64,000 bases of DNA from the human T2T-CHM13v2.0 reference genome, Homo sapiens: assembly GCF_009914755.1 (NCBI RefSeq), contig NC_060936.1; one strand, written 5' to 3'. The notes under the pieces are model-generated. The model was given only the letters and a program-made list of their open reading frames with translations. It made no database searches and was not told the DNA's origin. The translations under genes were made by a program, and so were the position numbers. Shown piece after piece: positions 17,245-30,545 of this stretch (within the stretch, counting starts at the first letter, position 1; the number at the start of each line of letters is the position of its first letter).

Positions 17245-18641
17245 ACTGGAATTATTATTTTTTTTATTGACAATGGAAAGGGTTTCTGTTATCATTACCT
17301 TTTGACTGAATCTGTTAAATAAAAATAGACATCAAAACAAATGTAATGTACGTGCAAACATAGCAAATTAAAATACAGAAAAGAAATTACTAATGACAGG
17401 TCTTGCGCTTAATAAGATCAAGCAGCAGAAAATCAGCAGTTAGATAAATGGTATTATTAAATAGGCTTTACTTTGAATCTCCCATATAAACAAAGAATAA
17501 ACAACAGTAACACCACCAAATAAAGCCACAGGGAAGAGATTACTCTTCTATACTTTTATACACTATATATGTTAATCATTCTGTCTTTCATTTATTTCCT
17601 CTGATAAAACTGACTTCAGGGAAGTCGCAACAAGGCCATCTCGGCTAAAAGCTTATAACATTAGACATGAGTCTGGCTAATGCCCTGTTACATTGACAAA
17701 AGGGAAAGGTATCTTGGGTTTCGTTTTCTCTAGTGGAAATGAGCCTCAGACTCTGCGGTGGTTGACATTCACTGTCCAGTACTGGCTGGCATTTCAAGAT
17801 ATTTGAATGAACATGTGGTTCTTAGTAAAGAAGTTTTTTTATCTTTTTTTTTTTCTTGGTCCACAGGTAACAAGAGAAGATTATGGTTTTTTAATATAAA
17901 TTTTTAAATAATTGCTTTTGACCCTTGTAAACAGCTTGGCTTTGTTTTGTATTGAAAAGGAGATCAAGCCATCACAGTGCTATTTCTAAAGATATAGGAC
18001 ATCCCTGATTGCCTTTAAAGCTCTATTTTTGGCTCCGGTTCCAGGTTAAATCATTCTTTTTTACATGATCAGAGGCAGGTTGTTCAGCTTTAAGTATTGA
18101 CAGACTTGAAGGAGAAACACGTTGAAGCATGAAACATGCTTCAAGGAAACATATTGATTTGACTATTAACAATCCAAAAACTGTAAAAATGGTGGAATGG
18201 TAAAATACAAACAGTACTTGGAATTGTCAAATGTTTGCACTCGAGACTCCATGAACCATATATTTTATTTTTTAAAAAATCATATTTATATCCATTTACA
18301 TAAGACTTACACATTTAAAAAGAAATGCACGGTAATACATAAATGCCTAGTATATTACAATAAAACATGAAAAACAACTGGCTTCATTTCATAAAAGCAT
18401 CTGTTGTACAGAGTTTATGATGTAGATGATGTTTATTATTCAAATGACTTAAGCATTTTATTACAATTTGTAGTAAACTAATCAAATGTAATATCTGACT
18501 CCCCCCAAAAATCACATTTTTCAGCTTTTAATAAGTCATGACGTCATTATTTCCTTAGAATTCAGTTTTCACAAAGGTTTTCACTGCTCGTCTTCTTAGA
18601 TGGTAGTGCACTTTAGGTAGAGTAGACTGAAAAGACGCCAT
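17245..18641 (-). other. PPFIA2: PPFIA2 terminal exon (3'UTR in the canonical isoform; codes DGVFSVYST* at 18641-18613 if the penultimate exon is skipped)
   Basis: Acceptor ccattgtatattttag|ATGGCG with ACTAAT branch motif about 24 nt upstream; AU-rich, repeat-free UTR; 3' end approximate. Confidence 0.8.
17263..17268 (-). terminator. PPFIA2: Candidate distal PPFIA2 polyadenylation signal
   Basis: AATAAA on - strand followed by U/GU-rich tctctgtttaagctttgttttc; more proximal AATAAA at 18264, 18432 and 18457. Confidence 0.5.
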
Positions 18642-20161
18642 CTAAAATATACAATGGATAGCATTAGTTCACTGAAAAGTCCCAGACTGGGAAATCTCAT
18701 TCTACTCCTCTGTGGTGTACCTCCACGCAGCCTGCTTACTCCTGTCCTAGAAGATCATGAGAAGGAAATCATCTAGGATGTAGCCAACAGCCGTATGTAA
18801 TTAACATTTGCTTTTCTCCAATTTGGTGCAGGGGAGCTTAACAAATAATAGAATTTGCTCAACTTTGTGGAAAGTATGGCAGTAATGTAAACAAAGGTAG
18901 TTATGCAAAATGTTAGCATGCCTTCTGAAAAATTTACAACTTGCTAATTAATAAATTGGGTTGAATTGACCTATTTCATAATGTAGATTTATATTCTAGT
19001 TCATATATTTTAGAGTTCTTAAAAAATACCTTTATTTGTTACAAAAACATAACGATAATAAGTCACCTATTGTAAACGTTTGTGTCAGTAGTATGGCATT
19101 GCTGATTGTTTTCAGCCATAATGTACTTAGAAAAAGCTCACAATTGCTATTACTGACACAAAAGAAACAGCAAGTAGTATGCTCTGGATTATTTTAATAT
19201 CAAAAGTGTTGTTGTTTCACCCAAACAAAAAATGGTTGTCCTAGATTGAATTATTGTAAATGAATACTGTTATCCCAATTAATGGTAAAAACTAGGAAAT
19301 ATGAACTAGAATGTCATGCACAAAAAACAGATTGCAAATAGAGTAACTCTACCCATCACTTAAGAGCTAAGAAGCAAGCACTATTGAACATATTAAATAG
19401 TCATTTGTAAATTAGTGAAGTGTTCATTTCCTGAAGAAATTATAATGCTATGTGTAGAATCTAATATAAACAGTATTTTGGGAGACCTCTTATTTAGCCA
19501 AATTATTATATACTTTAAATCATGTCTAATTAGGTGCCAAATTATATACCATAATTAAAATTTTAATGTAAGGGTTGTACATTCTGAAATTAAATCTCTT
19601 ATCGGGATGCTTTTCATTTTATCAGCTTCAAATAGTGATCCAAATAAGGCAGCATATCTGCTCCCATCTTAAGCCCAAAAGACCAACAATAAATTGTGTG
19701 GCACTTTTAGTTCAAGGCAATGAAAACAGCACAAGGTGAGTTGTTCCTCTGTCTATAACTGTTTTCTCTTAACCCTGTGCACACATTTTGTTCTAAATAT
19801 CGCTCTTAAAAAGTATTTTTCTAAAATATTGATTCATCGAAAGTGGTTAAATATTTTGGTAAAGCATAGTTTTAGGTTGAAAAAAAATTATGAACATTTG
19901 ACATTTATAAATCTAAGAAACCACAGTTTTACTATTAAGACTGTTTTTCAATAAAACCTCATTTTTATATGGATTTTAAAGTAGCTTTAATTGGTATTTC
20001 CTTAAAATCAAATGCTTGGTATTTATGGTTACATAGGAAGGTTTTGTGCTGGTCCTATTCTCCATTCTTAAAGTAATTTTATTTTGTTCCTATATGTCTT
20101 AAATACTTAAAATTTATATTTGTTTTTAGCAAGTGTAAATCAGATTGATAAGAAACAATGT

Positions 20162-20167
20162 AATAAA
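20162..20167 (+). terminator. ACSS3: Candidate distal ACSS3 polyadenylation signal
   Basis: AATAAA, CA at 20181-20184, then a T-rich antisense Alu tail as possible downstream element. Confidence 0.4.
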
Positions 20168-20192
20168 GGTTTGAATTTTTCACAGTTTCTAC

Positions 20193-20448
20193 TATTTATT
20201 TATTGATTTATTTTAAGACGGAGTCATGCTCTGTCACCCAAGCTTGAGTGCAGTGGCACCATCGCTCACTGCAACTTCTGCCTCCCAGGTTCAAGTGACT
20301 CTCTTGCCTCAGCCTCCCAAGTAGATGGGATTATGGGAGTGCAACACCATGCCTGGCTACTTTTTGTGTTTTTAGTAGAGATGAGGTTTCACCATGTTGG
20401 CCAGGCTGGTCTCTAACTCCTGACCTGAAGTGATCCACCTGCCTCGGC
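20193..20448 (-). mobile_element. 5'-truncated AluS
   Basis: Antisense Alu ending at gcctcggc; TSD agtttcta. Confidence 0.9.
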
Positions 20449-20958
20449 AAGTTTCTATTTTTTAATATGAAACCATCTCTAAATCATTTTCCTGTCTGTT
20501 GCTATTTGACTCGGTGAACTTGCTTAAATCCCTATCCGCTACCTTGGCTTCCTTATATAAAATATACACTTAAAAAGATAGGATTTTTTAAAGTGCTGAA
20601 TTATTATCAATAAAATGCTAAGTTACTCAACAGGAAATGGTACTAAAAAGTAGAAAACAGTGTAGTGGCAACCCATTGATGTGTAATAATACAGTGATAG
20701 GCCTCCAACAGGCAGACCTTAAACCACAGGAGACAGATGGTGATAGGAAATGCTAGACTAAGTGTTACAATATGAAGATTTCTTTTTCCCCTGAAGCAAT
20801 TCAAAAGGGTTATCTCATTTCTGTACTGCTAGGGCATACCAAAGAGTATAGTGTATATTTATTAGTCTATGTAGGTTCCATTTTTTTGTCTTTTTTTTTT
20901 TGTCAGCCAAAGGGAAACTACTCACAGCAGGTCAGTGCTGCCTCCTTTGAGTGGCTGG

Positions 20959-21017
20959 TCAACATGAGTATGTGCGAACAGTGGAGTTGTCTAACCTCTG
21001 CAGTCTTGATGAAGCAA
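20959..21017 (-). CDS. PPFIA2: PPFIA2 penultimate exon coding part (V-ASSRLQRLDNSTVRTYSC*); exon extends to donor at 20926
   Basis: tctccatttgcag acceptor; liprin-alpha C-terminal VRTYSC PDZ ligand; TGA; donor GCT|gtgagt 33 nt after the stop. Confidence 0.96.
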
Positions 21018-22207
21018 CTGCAAATGGAGAAAAGGGCTTTAGAGGGACTTGGATGATTCAGTACAAGATTTCAGATGAGAAAGATTTATTTTCCCTGCAT
21101 ACAGGGATTCCGAACATATTAGTAGACCTTCTTTCTCTCAGATATAAGCCACTCACATTCCTCTTCTCTAGATCAAGTTCCTAATGAAAATTTATCCCAA
21201 TGTAAATGACCTGAGCTTTTGAGTTGTTATGTATTCTTCCTTAGATAAAATCGGTAACAAGAGCAGCTCCCGAGGGTGCTTCTGATTTTGATATGGAGAT
21301 TGCTCTTAGAGAACTCATTATAGTGGATTTTTTTTCCTTTCCAAGTATTGAAGAACTTCTACACTAATTGTAATGATGTTAAATTCCTCATGAATTTCGC
21401 TGACATGTTCCACCGTATTAACAAGTTGTAAGAAATGTAGATCAAGATCACAGTTTATGTTGGAACTAAATTTGAGTTATAATAACTGTGACCTTGACAA
21501 GAAATAATGATGCTAGGTGATTATCTTAACAAATAGCATGGGACTATTTTTCTTTAATGCCTCCCAAACAGAAATAATTTTGTGACTACTATTTCAAAGT
21601 TGTCTCTCCTCTGGAATGACTTTTCTTTTGTAAATTAGATAGCTTAAGTCTAATGTCCACAGAAGGAAATAGTAATTGGGAAATTACTGTGTTTTGTGTT
21701 TCTTTAATTCTCTTCTCATGTTCATGGCTTGTTTATTTAAGGGCTTCTGCTTTGGCTAGAGGGAAAAATATTTGATGAGTGAATTTCTAAGATGACATAT
21801 AAAACTCGCAGTATTTAAACATGTAGGGAGACAGTGGAGTTAATTTCCATTTACTATGGATCTTTAGTCCAAGTCCAACCTCTAACTTAAACAAATTGTT
21901 AATTTTGGGAATAGAAGACTAAAGAAACACAAATCCTGCCGATGTTTATTGTTCCTCCTAGAGGTGGACATTAACCAAATTGTTCTTTTTGGGATGTTAT
22001 AAATTATTTTGAAAATGTGAATAAAGTGCCATGAGTTCATGCAATAGCAGTGTAAAAAGGAGACTGGTTTGTGATGAGAGCAAAGTAAATTTCAAGCAGA
22101 GCAAACCAACTCAAGAAAATAATTCCAAAAAGCAAGGTCAGAGAATTATACTAGCTTTGGCTAAACAAGCTTTTTGCTTGATAAGCAGCAATGCAAAACT
22201 ACTGTAC

Positions 22208-22367
22208 CATCTGTTGTCATTTTTCTTGACTGCCCAGAGGTTGTGGTTAACCTAAATCCAGCTGGTAATGTTTCTGAGGACCCAGGCATCATGCTGATTC
22301 CATGTACTTCACGAGGAGGAAACTGCCTTCTCCAGGTTGATCCACGTCTGAAGTTCTTGTCATCACT
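22208..22367 (-). CDS. PPFIA2: PPFIA2 exon (SDDKNFRRGSTWRRQFPPREVHGISMMPGSSETLPAGFRLTTTSGQSRKMTTD + G)
   Basis: ggcag acceptor, G|gtacag donor, 160 nt; phases chain with neighbours. Confidence 0.95.
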
Positions 22368-23971
22368 CTGCCAGTACAGTTATAAGGTGATGTTATGAAA
22401 ACAAGTAAACTAGTCCATGTGCTTAAAGCTCTGTGCTTAGAAACATGTAACATAGATTATTTACATTTAGTCTGTCAAGTATACGTATGGAATCACGCTT
22501 TATCAAGATAGTTAGTTCTATGATTCCAAAACAAGACTATAGGAGATTTGATATATAAATTTTTAAATAAAACTTTTCATACAATTTCAAATTTAAGGTC
22601 TGACATCTATACAGTAAATATCCTTGAAAGCCTAAAATAAGCAACCAATGTTTTCCAAAATAAATATTGTATATACATTGTTCCACTTTATGCCGACGGG
22701 TTTTATGGAAAGAGATGATATACTTAATTGAATCAGTTGTTGAGTAGACTACATTTAACTCACACACTTGAATGAAATGACTTCTATGTACACAAATACA
22801 ATGTAGGTATTTATTTTGGGGAAATCTATATTTGAGATGGCATGGCTAATATGAGACACTGTAGCCTATTATAATATCTGTACAAGAAACTCTAAATATG
22901 TGATTTGTGAAGTTTTAGGTGACACAGAATTAACTTGCAATTTGTTGAAAAATCTGTGTAGCCTGGACACCATCCTTTCAATAAGTACATGTGGTCTTTG
23001 GGTACCACCGAAAGCATAATATTACCCTGGTTACATTTTAATAATGTGTATTTTAATATACACAGAGGCAGAGAGTCACATCCCATTTAATTGGCCCAGT
23101 AGACTTTTTCTCTAGTTCATTACTATCAGGAAGCAACATCATACCCCACATAGGCTAGTGTCTCTACTTGGACAGATCCTAGGGTGAATCCACATTTTAG
23201 AATGTAGCATAGCAATTACATTTTAATTCTGGTTGCTGATTTTGTTATGCCTTAATAAAATAATCTCTTCCTTCTCTTTGTATACATAAAGTACTTTTAC
23301 AGACATAATTATTTTCCTCCAAATTGGCAAGTAGCAATATATAATTCAGCAGTCAATGAATATTCTGTGTCTAATTCCAAGGAAAATATGAATCATTCCA
23401 CATAGGTCTTGTCTTCTCATCTCACTGTTTCTTATCTAGGGAAGGACTATCTATGCCATAGATAGGTATAGCCAAGTATATGTTGTGTATCCTAATATCT
23501 CATTTGATTTCATTCTGGCATTTGGAATAATAAGTCTATATTCACTCAACATAGTAATTTGTGCTATGTTATAGTGAATAATTCTATAAGGTAGGCTTTG
23601 TAGACTGCTATATTAATTAAGGGACATTTAAAGTCAATCAGGGAAAAATAAAATCATTTTTATATAATAACATATATCCACTGTTTCAATCCTTATCATC
23701 ATTAAAATCTACATTTTGTTTCAGTGTGGTAGCCATTTTGCACATTAAGAGATGTCCGCTACTGTTCCCAACTGCTGTGTTTTTCATTGCCCTAGATCTC
23801 CAAATGTGTGTAAATGTAGAAAAGAAACAGAATTTCACAGTTGCAGCCTCTACGACTTCTTGATTCTTGGAGAAGTTTTTGCATTAAGCATAAATAGTCT
23901 TCAGTTTTATAAAACACTATGTTACACTGTAGAGCTACACAACTCCTTACAGTGTCGTAGCTAGGGGCTTA

Positions 23972-24295
<324 letters not shown>

Positions 24296-25929
24296 TTGCC
24301 AGTTTTTAGAGTTAAGCGTTTGAATTATGATTCCTGACTTCTGTTCTTTCAACATATTGTTACTGCAGAAAGTTAATAGAACTATAAACAACAACATCAT
24401 GGGGAAAACTTTTCATGAGATAGGGTTAATTCTTTTAATTGGGGTCAAAGTCTGTATAAGCTTGTTGACACCTCTCAGATTATTTCAGTGGAATCTGAAT
24501 GTGATCAGCAAAACCTCAGAAATAAGTCCACTACTGTTCTAAGTAAGTTGGCTATTTTTGCTCACACTAAAAAATAAAATAAAATTGAACAAAAGAGACT
24601 AGAGGGTTTAAATGACAAAATTCTATTTTGTGCTTTTAAAAATAAGAAAAAGCAGCAGCATAGTTTAAAGACAACGAGTCGCATCTCGTTTAATTGGCTC
24701 AATAGACTTTTCTTCTAGTTCATTACTATTAAGAAGCTACCCCACACCTGGACAGCTCCTAAGAGAATGTAGCAATATGACAACTCTTCAATAATTTTTT
24801 ATTAGAAATTTTTGCAACTTTTAAGTAAGAATAATTGTATTTTAAGATGTATGAGTTTATAAGACTACCTTTTTGAATCAATAATTTCTAGTAAGGATTT
24901 AAAAGACTGTCATGCAACTTATAAGACGAGGCTTTTAAAAATATTAATCATTATGCTGATTGAATAAGAGCATGAATTTATCAGAAGTTAGCTGAGTTCA
25001 AGACTGTAGAACTTATCTCTCTATAATCCCCACCATAAAGGACAGAGTGGATTTTATAATACCAAGATTATCTGTCCTGCCTATTTGAATATAGAATGAT
25101 TGGTCCATATTTGAATTTGCTGAGGTCTTCACAAAATAATTTTAATCAGCTTGTCTTTGTAGTAAGGAACACCTGTACTTTGCAACACAGAATTATGCAT
25201 CTCTTTATTTTCTATTTCATGCTCAGGTTTCCTTCCCACTTCTTCCAGAAAGACCCTGTAGAAAAACTCAGAAAGACTATTAAAATGTCTACAGTCCACA
25301 GCATTTGCTGATATCCCTTGTATTCATTCATCTCGGGAGGCTACTTACATGTTTATTATTTTCCAAATAACTTAATATGCACATATTATATAGCGATTCT
25401 TATATTCAATATAGCTTTCAAATTCTGTGACTGTTAAAATGTTATTAATCTGTTTTGAAGGAAAACTCAGTATCAATATATAAAATAATAAAAAGCTTTC
25501 CATTTATTGAAGCAAGTTTTATCCTCATTTTAATTTTCTAAAATTTCCTGGCAAGATATACTGATATTTAAGAAATACACGCACTCTTTATTAAAAAGCT
25601 GAATTTATCAACATTAGTGTTTTAACTTTTTTCTAATTTTTTAAAATAATGTTGCCCAACATTTTGCAGTCACGACTCATAAAAATGTTTTGTAAATTAC
25701 TGTTTAGTATCTCTACCTGCTGAAATGATAATATTTATGAATTAATATAGCTCTTTCCAAAATTAAGTAATAAGATTGAATATTTAACAACAAACCTGGA
25801 GAAAATTATTGATTCTAACCATAGAACAGTCATTTGATTAATTTCCAAGCACTATTCCTTAAAAACAAAGATGTTCTATCATTTTTCTTTTACTCTCTCA
25901 GATCTCTTTTGAATAACAGGTGGACTTAC

Positions 25930-25998
25930 TTCATCCAGTCGCCTTTCAGTTCCCAGGGCCAAGAGGTTATTGTATTCTCTTTCAAGAATCTGCCTTGC
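25930..25998 (-). CDS. PPFIA2: PPFIA2 exon (ARQILEREYNNLLALGTERRLDE), end of SAM3
   Basis: caacag acceptor, GAA|gtaagt donor, 69 nt, phase 0-0. Confidence 0.95.
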
Positions 25999-26356
25999 CT
26001 GTTGACGTCAAATTACAGTTACCATCACCGAAATCACATTTTATTTTAAAAATCAAGTAGCTTATATTTATCTGATAATGTATTATAAACCATACTTTAT
26101 TTATGGGTTTTGAAGTTTTTAGCCCTCCATGTCTGTTATTAGCCATTGTAAATTTTAACTACAAAAAAAAACAGGGCTTTTTTTTTTTTTTCTGTGAACA
26201 GTAGAGAGACAGTCTTGCATAAACATCTGAGGTCAAGAAGCTTTGGCCTCACTTCGTTACTATATTTCAATTGAGTATTTTGTTTAATCTCTGAAATATG
26301 TAAAAACAAAATAAAAAGTGAAACGAGACTGCCAAATTTTTATTGAATCTATGTAG

Positions 26357-26534
26357 GTAGTTCTCAAACCTGGCCAATGATTATCATTTGAGGAAAGTTT
26401 TGATAATAAAGATTCCTATGCCCTATCTCTTGACAACTGATGTCTTAGGACTATGATGTGGGTTGGAGGTTTTATTTTTTATTCATAAGGAACTATACTG
26501 ATTCAAATTATTATCCAGTTTTGGGAATCACTGA
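26357..26534. mobile_element. MER5-like hAT-Charlie MITE
   Basis: Termini gtagttctcaaac...tttgggaatcactg, about 180 bp. Confidence 0.55.
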
Positions 26535-26888
26535 CATATCCAATGCTAAGAGTCTGTATAATTCATACATGTAAATAGAAATGACTGCCTCTCAGAGAGG
26601 CAGAGACTGATGGCCATCTGTCAGGGATTTCATTTAGTGGAATCTGGCATTCAGGTGGGAGACTGGGCCACATAACTTCAAAATCCCTTTCTTGTTTAAT
26701 TGTATGTTTTTTGTTTTTTTTTTTGGCTAGAAATCCACTAGCCTGAAATTAAAACCCCAGTGACATATTTCAAACATTGAGTTAACTTTCATTAACAATC
26801 ATGAATACACAGCCAATTTTTTTCTAAAAGTTTAGTTTATCATTATATAAACCAGAACACATTGAGACTACAGCAGAAAGTGACTTGC

Positions 26889-27413
<525 letters not shown>

Positions 27414-28890
27414 GCATTATTTTTCATAGTAGAACCACTGGCTGAAATGAGCCATGGGTATCTGGCCAGGTCACATTTATGCTGATTCATCCACACTCTA
27501 ATCCATCTGGCTCCCTTCATTTGTGTGTAGTTACTGTTTTAATAATTAATCTTTTCGAGTCTCTATTTAAAAAAGTTGTTATTTTTCAGAGTGTTTGTTA
27601 TAGCTAAAATGACAGCACTTCAGTCGCGTAGAACACGATGTCTGTGTTTCTTGTTTTCATACTAGAGAACTAGGTGTCTGTCTGAAGTTCAATATTTTTA
27701 CCATCAGAGGGAGACATTTCTTATTTGTGTCTTGATACACACCTCTTCAGTAAACAGCAGACGAGATTGTAATACTGTCTTTCATCAGAAGTGTTTGTTA
27801 ACCACTACCTAAACATTGGCATATAGACTAGAAGATTTTTTTTCACCTGAAGTAATATATAAGAACAGAACGGTAAAATAATATAAGGCATCAACAGATG
27901 GATACTTACCTTAGTATTATATTTCAATGCATTTTTCCCAATCACATGCTAATGCAAAATTCAAGCACTCAGTCAAATGTCAAAAATTGTTTCCACTCTA
28001 TTGAAAGTAGTATTCTATTGAGGAAAAAATTTCTTTGATTTTTATTTTCTAAAAATAAAACTTTCAGAGAAAAATGCCGTTTCTTTTTTTTTAGATAAAA
28101 ACATCAAATTATGTTTTATCATTTATTTTCTTCAATATCTTCCCATTAAAAGTTGACAGAATGCTATATAAAATGAGTAAAATAGTCCGAAGGACTAAAA
28201 TTGTCCATAGAAAAGAAAGAATTTTAAGAAACTTAAGGGGATATGAGAAAAAAATTAAAACATTTTTACTACCCATAGAAAGGGAAAGGAAACTATAATT
28301 ACTATTAAAGTAAAAGTAAGTTTTCCTGTCCATTTTTTTTCTTTCTAATGAAGTGCCTAGCTCTTTCAGACAAAGTATAAAAATCTTTCAGGAAATATTC
28401 TTCAACTTTAACTGTTTTAAATACCTGTTTCAATAAGCCTTTGAAAAGCATGTTCTAAATAATTATTTTGATGAGTCTTTGAAAATCCTTATTTATCTTA
28501 TTTTATCCATTTATAACCAACTTAGATGTTCTTGTGTATAACTTTGAAGCAATACAGTGATAGCACAGACCCACAGAGGTCCCCTCATGCAACTTCTCAG
28601 GCACCATTCTCACCTAACAGTAACCAATATTCTGACTTCTTTCATTACAGAATCGCCTTGCCCGATTTATTTTTTTTAGCTTTTCATACATAAAATCACC
28701 CAATATGTACTTTTTTGTCTGCCTTTCATTCAATATGGAATTTATCTACGCTTTAGCAAATAGCAGTGGCGTGTTCATGATCATTGCTATCTAGCATCCC
28801 ATTGCATGATTATGCTGCAATGTGTCCATTCTACTGTAGATGGACATGTGAGTAGATTCCACTTTGGGTTATTAAGAATAGTGTTCCTTT

Positions 28891-29062
28891 GAGGGGGAAA
28901 GGGTGGGGGATGGCAAGGGATAAAAAACAACACATCGGGTACAGGGTACACTGCTTGGTTGATGAGTGGACCAAAATGTCAGAAAAATCACCACTAAAGA
29001 ACTTGTTCATGTAACCTAACACCACCTGTTCCCCAAAAACCTATTGAAATAAAAAAACAATA
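28891..29062 (+). mobile_element. L1PB1-like 3' end
   Basis: gggtacagggtacactgcttgg...caccactaaagaacttgttcatgtaacc...cctgttccccaaaaacctattgaaataaaa. Confidence 0.8.
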
Positions 29063-29312
29063 AATAGTGCTGCTTTGAATATTGTTATACATGGATTTTG
29101 TTTTGTATATTTACATGTTGCAGTAGAATAAATAACAAGGAATAGAATTGTTATGTGTTTACTTGTTAGCAGATATTGCTAAGCAAATTCCACTCTCACA
29201 ATTTAACCTTGCATTATTAATGTCTGAACATCTTCATCTTTACCAATGCTTTGTATTTCTCATTTTTGTTCTTGTTTTGTCTTGCTTTTTTTAGTCATTA
29301 TGGTAGGTGTGG

Positions 29313-29758
29313 TATTATGGGTTGAATTGTGTTCCCCAAAATTCTTGTAGAAGCCCTAACTTCCAGTACCTAAGAATGTAACCTTACTTGGATATCAGGT
29401 CTTTATAGAAATGATCAATTAAAATGAGTCAATAGAGTGGGCCCAAATTCAATGAGACTGTTATCATTCTTGAATGGCAAAATTTGGAAATAGACATGCA
29501 CACATGGAGAGCATTATGTGACTATGAAGGCAGGGATCGTGGCGATGTTCCTACCCGCCAAAGAACATCAAAAATTGCCAGCAAATCACCAGAAGTCAGG
29601 GGGCGAAGCGAATAGCAGATTCTTTTCAGTAGCAACTGACTCTGCTAACACCTTGGTCTGGAACTTCTAGTGTGTAAAAGTGTGAGACAACACATTTCTG
29701 TTGTTTAAGACACACAATCTGTGGTACTTTGATACAGCAGCCCCGACAAACTAATACA
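29313..29758 (+). mobile_element. MLT1C-like MaLR solo LTR
   Basis: tattatgggttgaattgtgttcccc...cagcagccccgacaaactaataca. Confidence 0.85.
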
Positions 29759-30241
29759 TGGGGTGTCTCATTGTAGTTTTAATCAGTAACACCCATTATG
29801 AACTGAAAACGTCTGCTACTTTTAAGGTTTGTCAGTTTTTACTTTCCATATTTTAAATCTACATATTAGATGTATACTAATTTGCTATATCTTTCCTTCT
29901 ATTATTTGAAAATAGCCAACTTATTTCTAGTATGTTTCCTGCCTTAAAGTTTATATTCTGATATTAGAAGAATCACAGTAGCTTTGGTTAATATTTGCAT
30001 GTATACCTCATTTACTAATAAGTTTTCTATGTTCTTATATTGAAAGTGTGTCCATTGTATACAGCATATCATTGTTTTTTAATCTGTCCTTAAATTGAAG
30101 TAGTTAGTTCTTGCCCATTTAATATTATTACTTTGATATTTGTGCTGAATTCTACCATCTATTTGTCCTATCTGTTCTTTGTTCTTTTTCTCTCTTTCTT
30201 GCCATTTATTGTTTTCTTATTTTATTCTACCACTCCATTAG

Positions 30242-30545
<304 letters not shown>

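Larger units (their letters stand above)
13908..20190 (+). other. ACSS3: ACSS3 3'UTR (extent uncertain; several AATAAA, e.g. 13983, 14368, 20162)
   Basis: Follows the stop codon; the true 3' end cannot be fixed from sequence alone. Confidence 0.45.

Noticed and set aside
18606-18615. miR-17-family 8mer GCACTTTA on the + strand
   Set aside because: A single seed match is expected by chance, and it matters only if the long ACSS3 UTR exists.
20932-20961. Stop-codon readthrough of PPFIA2 (TGA-C context)
   Set aside because: Context is TGACCA, not the strong TGA-CTAG motif; it would add only PATQRRQH before another TGA; no supporting signal.
22161-22208. Intron read-through tail GTVVLHCCLSSKKLV*
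   Set aside because: Any donor gives such a tail; no nearby evidence for a dedicated terminal exon.
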